41,140 nt of DNA from Candidatus Pacearchaeota archaeon (lineage in GTDB: Archaea > Nanobdellota > Nanobdellia > Pacearchaeales > GW2011-AR1): the NCBI GenBank assembly GCA_016866975.1, contig VGKP01000007.1:1-41140 (forward strand), in the 5' to 3' direction. Below the pieces are notes generated by a model that had not been told where the DNA came from, did no database searches, and saw nothing but the letters and a program-made list of their open reading frames with translations. Within the stretch, counting starts at the first letter, position 1, and every line of letters begins with the position of its first letter. The translations under genes and the position numbers were made by a program. Positions 34,936 through 41,140 of this stretch are shown in pieces.

Positions 34936-35404
34936 AATGAAAGTTATGGTTTTTACCGAAGGCACAATCATCATGCATAAGAATGCGATAGGGCATACGA
35001 GAGAAGAGATTATTGAACAAGTCAAAAATAAAGAGCATTCAGTGCATGAATATGGTTCCTACGTCCCCATAGGGAATGCTGTTGAAAAGATTAGAAAGTG
35101 GAAAAGAAATGGTGCTGAAGTATTTTATCTTACTTCACGTAGAAATCCTCAACAAATAGAAGAGATCAGGAAAGTATTAATAAAGTATCATTTTCCAAAA
35201 GGAAAGTTGGTTTTTTGTGATGAAAGTGAAGAGTATAAGGATGTTGTTGAAAGAGTTTTTCCCGACGCATTGATAGAAGATGATTGTGAGAGTATAGGAG
35301 GTAGAAAGGAGATGACAATTACACATGTCAGACCAGAAATTAGAGATAAGATTAAATCAATTACTATCCAAGAGTTTAACGGCATTGATGATGTAGAATT
35401 ATGA
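34928..35404 (+). CDS. HAD-fold-like hypothetical protein
   Basis: VMVFTEGT, FYLTSR, LIEDD resemble HAD motifs I, II, IV. Confidence 0.5.
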   Translation: MNRMKVMVFTEGTIIMHKNAIGHTREEIIEQVKNKEHSVHEYGSYVPIGNAVEKIRKWKRNGAEVFYLTSRRNPQQIEEIRKVLIKYHFPKGKLVFCDESEEYKDVVERVFPDALIEDDCESIGGRKEMTITHVRPEIRDKIKSITIQEFNGIDDVEL

Positions 35405-35414
35405 CTTATCCAGC

Positions 35415-36341
35415 TTATTTCTCTTCATCATCTATTTTTAAGGGACTTTCTTTTGTTCCTAAAGGATCCTTGAACTCTTCCTCGACTTTCTCGGCTCTTT
35501 CTTGCTCTTCTGGAGTCAGATCACTTAAGTCAATCTCTATTTCTGCCTCTTTTTTCATCTTTTCCAAAAGCTCTAAATTTTGTTTTTCATAGAGATGTTT
35601 TAGAAGTATCCAAATCTCCGAAAAATGTCCTTCCTGCTCAAGCCATACTTTTTGTTGGTTGTCAAGATGTAGAAGTGGAACGAATGTAGCGACTCTCTCT
35701 TCAGTGCTCTTTCCTGCAAGCTCTGAAAATGGATACGGGTTTTCCCTGCTTTTGAAAATTTCCCTCAATCTTCTGTATACTCCTGATATTTGATCTTTGA
35801 GGTTGATTTTTGTTTTAGGAAGAGATAAAGCTGTTTCAAATTCCTGCTGCCTCTTTACGACAATCCTTCTTATCCTCCTGTTTTCAGTGGTAATTGCTTT
35901 CCCTAAAGCTGACATCAGCTCTTCCAGAGTGACCTTCTTAAATCTAGGCAATGGAGTCCTTGCGATAAGTCCTGGCACCTCGCCTTCGAGCTCAATTCTT
36001 TCTTGATGGTATTTTTTCTCTTCTTTTTTCCCAAAAAGGACCTCGTCCAGTCCTGGAAGGTCGTGATGTAGAAGAATCTCTGATTTCATTCTGAGGAGAA
36101 TGGCTGCAGCAAGAAGGACCTTGCTCGATATGAAGAAATTCTCTTCTTCCAATTCTTTAATTCTCTCAAGATATTTTTGCGCAAGCAGAGAAATGTCTAT
36201 ATCCCAGGGTTCTAGCTGCTCAGTGTTTATTAGATCATAAATTATGGACTGCCAACTCAGTGTGTCCGAAAATAAAAGACCGTGTATCTGTTCCTGACCT
36301 ACTTTTTGCACAGCGTGCCTAGGCTTATCCTCTTCATCCAT
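35415..36341 (-). CDS. scpA: Segregation and condensation protein A (kleisin)
   Basis: LI....LEPWDIDI..L...YL, LLAAAILLRMKS..LL, R..TL.EL..AL, TFVPLLHL. Confidence 0.88.
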   Translation of the reverse strand: MDEEDKPRHAVQKVGQEQIHGLLFSDTLSWQSIIYDLINTEQLEPWDIDISLLAQKYLERIKELEEENFFISSKVLLAAAILLRMKSEILLHHDLPGLDEVLFGKKEEKKYHQERIELEGEVPGLIARTPLPRFKKVTLEELMSALGKAITTENRRIRRIVVKRQQEFETALSLPKTKINLKDQISGVYRRLREIFKSRENPYPFSELAGKSTEERVATFVPLLHLDNQQKVWLEQEGHFSEIWILLKHLYEKQNLELLEKMKKEAEIEIDLSDLTPEEQERAEKVEEEFKDPLGTKESPLKIDDEEK

Positions 36342-36420
36342 TGCGACGTATATAAGAAGTTCTTTATATGCCTTGTCATCAGATTAGCAATTATGTTTTC
36401 ATTATGAAGTTACAACAGAC

Positions 36421-36435
36421 CGAAAGGTTTAAATA
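36421..36435 (+). promoter_or_regulatory. BRE-TATA promoter facing the structured region at 36470
   Basis: CGAAAGG-TTTAAATA. Confidence 0.6.
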
Positions 36436-36469
36436 TACTTCCTGTATAGTAATACTATCACCTCTTTTT

Positions 36470-36649
36470 CCCAGGAGAGGACGTTTCATCGCTCTTTTTG
36501 ATTGATGGGACCTCCTCTCTATGGGTTTATTACTCAGTGTATAACCTTACAAGTTATATAATGACCATACTCGTCTAGAATCGAGAAGATGGAAACTTAT
36601 TCTGAGTATAAAAAAGGCGAAATAGAGGCAGTGTTCGCGATACTGCCTC
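36470..36649 (+). ncRNA. Candidate structured RNA or leader (long hairpin + three-way junction + hairpin)
   Basis: ~20-bp hairpin 36470-36525 with G.U pairs; TACTCAG/CTGAGTA enclosing two hairpins; 10-bp hairpin 36625-36649. Confidence 0.45.
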
Positions 36650-37050
36650 CTAAAGATAAAAAGATACGTGTTCATGGCTAGGAGCGTGCTATGAGTGGGA
36701 GAGAATTCTTAATTTGGGCGAACAGATGCAATGCAGTGAGCCAGTTAATGCCTGTTATCTTCTTTTTCGATTACGTTAGTTCCGAAAAATTCCGACCTCG
36801 AAAAATAAATTTGGGAAAAAAGCGAGCCGAGCAGTTTTCCGTTAAATTCCTGTTAGTTGCGTCGCCAGCTTATGAGCGAAGCACAGTTCTGGCGACCTGC
36901 ATCCGCGGAGTAATTTTTAGGGACGTCAAAGAGCGTTAGCGATACATCAAGTAAAAGAATAAAGAGCTTTGGTGCCGATTAGCTTATTAACTTTATAGTA
37001 GTTATTAATAGAAAGATTTATAAAATAATCAATTTTCTTATTGTTACAAA

Positions 37051-37530
37051 ATGACATTAGTTATGAAATATGAAAAAGGGTATTGCCCTCGACCTAGTGA
37101 AGTATCGGTAAGACTACTACCTGTTTTAGCTTCTGAAGCTATTCCTGTAAAAATATCAGATATAACTAATCGTACATATATGGGAAGAGAGTATCATGTT
37201 TTAGGTGTTATGAATTACAGAGGAAAAGATTATAACATATTACTATCTGAGAAAGGAATTGCAAGAGCGGAAGTACATACTTCCACTATTTTTAATGCAA
37301 TGGGTACAGATTATGTTGACGGAATTTTGCCTTTTCTTGAAGTTGGTAGGGAGCTAGCTCCAGGACATTCATTTCCAATTGCCAACTTAGCCTTTGAACC
37401 TGATTCTGAAAGACATCAATTTCTAAGAAGAATAGCACAAAGATTTAAAAGTGAAATGCCTAGACTTGAAACATTAGCACTAGCACATCAACCAGATGGA
37501 GAGCGTGATTGGGTTTATGAAATCCTTTAA
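37051..37530 (+). CDS. Hypothetical protein
   Basis: 159-aa ORF with upstream GAAAGATTTATAAA TATA box. Confidence 0.7.
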   Translation: MTLVMKYEKGYCPRPSEVSVRLLPVLASEAIPVKISDITNRTYMGREYHVLGVMNYRGKDYNILLSEKGIARAEVHTSTIFNAMGTDYVDGILPFLEVGRELAPGHSFPIANLAFEPDSERHQFLRRIAQRFKSEMPRLETLALAHQPDGERDWVYEIL

Positions 37531-37583
37531 GCCCCAAAGCCCTTCTTTTTTCTAAGTCCCTAAAAATTATTACAACTAAAATC

Positions 37584-37649
37584 GCGATTATCTGAAGTTT
37601 CATCAAGTGAAATTTGGGTGAGGACTGCAAGTCCGAAATAGATAATCGC
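37584..37649. other. Three-way-junction-forming intergenic element
   Basis: GCGATTATCT/AGATAATCGC enclosing TTTCA/TGAAA and GGAC/GTCC hairpins. Confidence 0.55.
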
Positions 37650-37852
37650 TGTTATCAGCCCAGAGCCTAAGGCGAGAGCCCGCAAGACATGACGAGGAGC
37701 GAAGCAGAGAAAGTAAAATTTTAATTGTTAATTATAGATAATACCGAAGGCTCTATTTTTTCAGAGCGGGGGAGCCTCTACTATTCAAGTAGTAACTTAA
37801 TAATAGTAAAAATAGATAATTTTATAAAGGAACAGAATATTCTTCGGTTTAT

Positions 37853-38374
37853 ATGAAAACCGAAAAAGATATATTTGGCAAAGCATTACATCATAATATG
37901 AATAAAGAAGATAAACCAAAATTTGATTTGCCAAAAAGAGATGGTTCTCCTAGTTTGAACCATAGAGATTTTTTTGTTAATACAAAAACTGGAAAACCTT
38001 ATTTTGATGCATATATAGGTTTCTTATTAAAAAGAAAAGAGGAAGTCGAATCAGAAGATACTTCTAGAATAGATGAATTTTTGAAAAAAAAAGTCGGTTT
38101 GAACTATGAAGAATTTGTTAATTATTCTAAACCAGAAGAAATTGTGGAAGATTCATATGGATTGTTTAGAAGAAAATCTATTAGAAGATCTTTGTTTAAA
38201 TTTAGATCAAGAGTATATTTAGAGGCATTATGTGACCTTGATGAAAGAGGCGAAGATATTCAATTAGTTTTAGATGATATTAGAACGGAATATGTTCCAA
38301 CACTGAAGAAACATGAAGGAAAAGAACCAACCTTTGAAGCAATTTATGCCGCATTAAAAAAAGTCATAAATTAA
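37853..38374 (+). CDS. Hypothetical protein
   Basis: 173-aa ORF, AT-rich, convergent with and overlapping the 3' end of the 38364 gene. Confidence 0.7.
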   Translation: MKTEKDIFGKALHHNMNKEDKPKFDLPKRDGSPSLNHRDFFVNTKTGKPYFDAYIGFLLKRKEEVESEDTSRIDEFLKKKVGLNYEEFVNYSKPEEIVEDSYGLFRRKSIRRSLFKFRSRVYLEALCDLDERGEDIQLVLDDIRTEYVPTLKKHEGKEPTFEAIYAALKKVIN

Positions 38375-39383
38375 AATGTTGTGAATTATATTTTGCACCC
38401 CCTTTAACTTCTTTCCAACCAGCTTTTTTTGAGAACAATTTAAATGCTTCGATCGATTGTTTAACAAAATTATCGGGTTCATATGGGCCTCCAACATCAG
38501 TTTCTAGTTTTGCGTAGTGTCCCGAATCCGCATTATATCTTTTAATTAAACCATCTTTTATGGTGACTTCTCCAGCACCATAGACATCTAAACCTCTTGC
38601 CAAAGTAGAATGAGGGAGAGTTGTTTTTCTTTTATCAATTTTCTTGTGTCTTTTCCCACTCCCCAAATCAGAAGACATTTGATACATATCATGGATCATA
38701 CCAAAAAAATTTCCTGCTTCATCAACCCCTCCTCTATTTCCAACAATAAAATTTCCTTCTTTATCAACTACCCAAATATACTCTCCATCTGCAAGTTCAT
38801 TAAAATGTTCTAATTTTCCATTTTTAATATGAGAATTTACTTCAATTACTCTCCCACCTCCTGCGGCGTGAGGTTCATAAAATTGTTCCTCGTAAGAATT
38901 TCTTCTATTAATAGTTTCACCTCTGTGATCTTTTCTAAACTTATTAAAATCTTCTGAGATATATGGTAAAATTTTACCACGTTTAGTTATCATTCTTTCT
39001 ATTCTCTCTTGGACCGGAGTGTTTTTATGTCCTGGAAAATCTTTTGATTCGTTTAGGTAGCCTAATCCAGTCGATTTTCCAGTTTTTTTATCCACTCTTT
39101 TATCTATCGGTTCAGAATCAGGGGATACGTGATAAGGGATCCAGTGATGCTCTTTTGCAATTTCTTCAGCTTCTTCCAATCTTTTTTCTAATCTTTCTCC
39201 ACCAACAAAAAACATCGCAGAAACTAAAATAAAAACAATTCCGAAAATAAAACTAAATCCAGAAGAAATATTTGAAACTCCTACAACTGCTCCAGTAATA
39301 TCTGTTTTTGAATTCAATAAGAAGAAAATTCCAATAAGTAAAAATGTTAAACTCAAAAACCTAAAGTGTTTTTTCTTCATCAT
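38364..39383 (-). CDS. Two-TM ITGAV-anchored protein with C-terminal putative ADP-ribosyltransferase-like toxin domain
   Basis: TM-ITGAVVG-TM N-terminus; C-terminal YIWVVDKEG.F.VG...HSTLARG.DV.GAGEV.I.DG.I..YN.DSGHY. Confidence 0.55.
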   Translation of the reverse strand: MMKKKHFRFLSLTFLLIGIFFLLNSKTDITGAVVGVSNISSGFSFIFGIVFILVSAMFFVGGERLEKRLEEAEEIAKEHHWIPYHVSPDSEPIDKRVDKKTGKSTGLGYLNESKDFPGHKNTPVQERIERMITKRGKILPYISEDFNKFRKDHRGETINRRNSYEEQFYEPHAAGGGRVIEVNSHIKNGKLEHFNELADGEYIWVVDKEGNFIVGNRGGVDEAGNFFGMIHDMYQMSSDLGSGKRHKKIDKRKTTLPHSTLARGLDVYGAGEVTIKDGLIKRYNADSGHYAKLETDVGGPYEPDNFVKQSIEAFKLFSKKAGWKEVKGGAKYNSQHFNL

Positions 39384-39665
39384 ATAATGAATAAAGAAGA
39401 AAGGTTAAAAAGATATCGTATTGCGTGAGCGAAGCAAACGCAATATGGGCTCCCCGGCTCGTTTCTAACAATTAAAATTTTATTTCTACTAACATCGCAC
39501 TTTAACAAAGTTTTTCTGACTATATAAAAATAATATTATTGCCGAAAAATTTGGGGAAAACATGAGCTGAATGTTTTCCTGTTAAAGTGCTGTTATGCGA
39601 GGGTAAAATTCTGAGAAAATTTTAAGCGCAGCGCCCCCGAGGATTTTCTTAGAAAATTCGAAGCG

Positions 39666-40285
39666 TTTGTGAGTGTGCGTGGGTGGTCGGGGGCTTGGAG
39701 GAGGGCAAGCCAGTTAATAGTATAGAGAGATTGTTGCGAGTGAATATTAGTAGGTGGGGGCTGACTTATTAGTTTCAGTTAGGCGGAAGTTTGTGCGAAG
39801 ATTTATAAATAAGAAAATCATTATTAATTTATCATGGCAAAAAAAGAAGGAACTCAAAGACCAATTTTAGTTACGATTATATGCATTCTAGGATTCATTG
39901 GATTTCCGTTATCATTAATTGCAGCAGTTATTGGAATGTCTGCAGTAAGTTTAGTTCCGAATGTAGAGCTTATGCCTTTATGGTATTCTATCTTTGCGAT
40001 AATTCTTGCATTGCTATATCTTCCAGCACTTATCTACATTTGGAAGATGAAAAAAATAGGATTGATAGCCTATACTGCTTTAGCAGTTATTGATTACGCA
40101 GTTGGTTTTGCTTCTGGATTTGCGAGTATTTCTGGTTTAGTTGTTTCTGCAATTTTTATAGGCCTGCTTTACACACAATTTAAGAAGATGAATTAGTCCG
40201 TCGTGTCAGCCCCCACTGTTCTTTCTTTAGAAATTATTTTTTATGTCGAGCGACAATCTCCATACTAGGGGAGCACACTCACAAA
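39666..40285. repeat. Imperfect inverted repeat arms bracketing one gene
   Basis: GTGGGGGCTGAC 39754-39765 / GTCAGCCCCCAC 40205-40216; TTTGTGAGTGTGC 39666-39678 / GCACACTCACAAA 40273-40285; GAGATTGTTGC 39727 / GCGACAATCTC 40250. Confidence 0.75.
39834..40196 (+). CDS. Small 4-TM membrane protein
   Basis: RP..VTIICILG..G start followed by hydrophobic helices. Confidence 0.75.
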   Translation: MAKKEGTQRPILVTIICILGFIGFPLSLIAAVIGMSAVSLVPNVELMPLWYSIFAIILALLYLPALIYIWKMKKIGLIAYTALAVIDYAVGFASGFASISGLVVSAIFIGLLYTQFKKMN

Positions 40286-40381
40286 TGTCGTAAAACACAA
40301 TGGATATAGAAATTCTTTAGAATTAATATATCTATATAGGATATATAGTGACCTATAAATAGCTAATAGGTTTGAAAGAAA

Positions 40382-40483
40382 ATGGATGCTAGAGAAGAAG
40401 ATTTCTTGAATAAGCTTCACGAGCATCTTAAACTGAGAAATTATTCATCTGTTAATGCCTTTCTTAGGGGCTTATCTCTTTAA
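40382..40483 (+). pseudogene. Truncated N-terminal (SAM-like) domain of a Xer-type tyrosine integrase
   Basis: MDAREEDFLNKLHEHLKLRNYSS parallels xerA LNQLKNELRLRGFSP in this same window; homology stops after ~23 codons. Confidence 0.6.
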
Positions 40484-40730
40484 TCTGGCTACTGCAAGAA
40501 AAGATCTTAGGGGAGATAACGTTTCCATACCTAAAGTGGATACTTTTAGAAAGAGATTATTAAGGAATGAGATAAAAAGCCATTTTGCATAACCCCACAC
40601 TTATATTCTCACTGAGTAAGTTCCCCTCTCTATGGGTTTGAAACTGATTACGTTTAAGGTTGATTCTTCAATCCTTTCCTAACCTTTGTGAAGGCGGAGA
40701 GGCTATCCGAATCGCATAAAGAGGTGATTG

Positions 40731-41140
40731 ATGTTCATTCTTGACAACCATAATACTCTTAAAGCGAAAATTCTTGCCTTTGTAATGAGCTTGGTAAAAA
40801 AGCTGATGGTCACTACTTTGTTGGCTTCTTCTATTTTTGGAGATATTACTGCCCCCCTGCCTGCTAGACAAAGCCATTCATTGACAGGAGAGAGCTATAA
40901 TGTAGTCGCTCCGCAGACTCGATTGAAAGATTATGTATATATAGGACATTTCAACGATTCAAATAAGAATGGCAAAAAGGATTTTGAAGAACCGATGGTA
41001 TTCCAGCCATATTGGGAAAGACCGGTATTGTCTGAAGGACATGTAGTGAATATCATACTTCCTCATCAAGAATCTCAAGTCAGGATGATTGTGAAAGAGG
41101 CGTATAGCAGGTCAATATTGTTCGATTTCAATGTCATCTC
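40731..41140 (+). CDS. Probable secreted protein, 3'-partial, with DxNxNG Ca-binding-like loop
   Basis: GAGGTGA RBS, ATG 40731, frame open to window end, hydrophobic N-region, FNDSNKNGKKDFEE. Confidence 0.65.
   Translation, partial: MFILDNHNTLKAKILAFVMSLVKKLMVTTLLASSIFGDITAPLPARQSHSLTGESYNVVAPQTRLKDYVYIGHFNDSNKNGKKDFEEPMVFQPYWERPVLSEGHVVNIILPHQESQVRMIVKEAYSRSILFDFNVI

Larger units (their letters stand above)
37714..39482. repeat. Inverted repeat pair bracketing two convergent genes
   Basis: TAAAATTTTAATTGTTA 37714-37730 vs its reverse complement 39466-39482; GAGCGGGGAGCC 37764-37775 vs GGCTCCCCGGCTC 39448-39460. Confidence 0.7.
36514..40639. mobile_element. Candidate integrated variable island / cassette array
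   Basis: 15-bp direct repeat CCTCTCTATGGGTTT at 36514 and 40625; long structured spacers; inverted-repeat-flanked genes; integrase stub at 40382. Confidence 0.4.

Noticed and set aside
36691-36939. 82-aa ORF
   Set aside because: Spans the structured spacer modules; composition is not protein-like.
37584-37649. Active hammerhead ribozyme
   Set aside because: C3, U4, A6 and U16.1 are not conserved; kept only as a low-confidence structural finding.
40668-40877. 69-aa minus-strand ORF
   Set aside because: Antisense to the RBS-supported plus-strand gene starting at 40731 that runs off the window.

Overview
A 41-kb piece of a small-genome archaeal chromosome, most likely DPANN (Pacearchaeota/Nanoarchaeota-like). 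This is inferred from the fused, shortened RpoA'A'', the wHTH-nucleotidyltransferase and double-Lrp genes, and ITGxVI-type membrane proteins. Core genes: rpoH-rpoB-rpoA(fused)-nusA-rps12-rps7, hisS, scpA, xerA, truD, bacterial-type tgt, a TFS-like gene, msrA, and four tRNAs (Pro-GGG, Ser-CGA, Leu-TAA with a 96-nt BHB intron, His-GTG). Several gene remnants and deletion scars lie between them (HAD, panD/PHP, ppsA, HEPN, integrase). The most unusual content is non-coding or accessory. (1) A ~120-bp double-hairpin repeat family in 4 copies with covarying stems, found at broken genes. (2) A second palindromic family beside or inside three tRNA genes, including a 45-bp tandem array and the tRNA-Leu intron, where it supplies the splice helix. 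(3) Two promoter-preceded structured ncRNA candidates (17.8 kb, followed by a tiny K/R-rich ORF, and 36.5 kb). (4) A 36.5-40.6 kb variable island of small genes bracketed by inverted repeats and GCGAAGC mini-hairpins, with a membrane-anchored ART-like effector and a truncated Xer-type integrase, i.e. a candidate cassette or inversion system. (5) A Fur-regulated CooC-like ATPase plus an unknown His/Cys-rich protein. (6) Substitutions in RNA polymerase active-centre motifs. All assignments come from reading motifs by eye; no searches were run.
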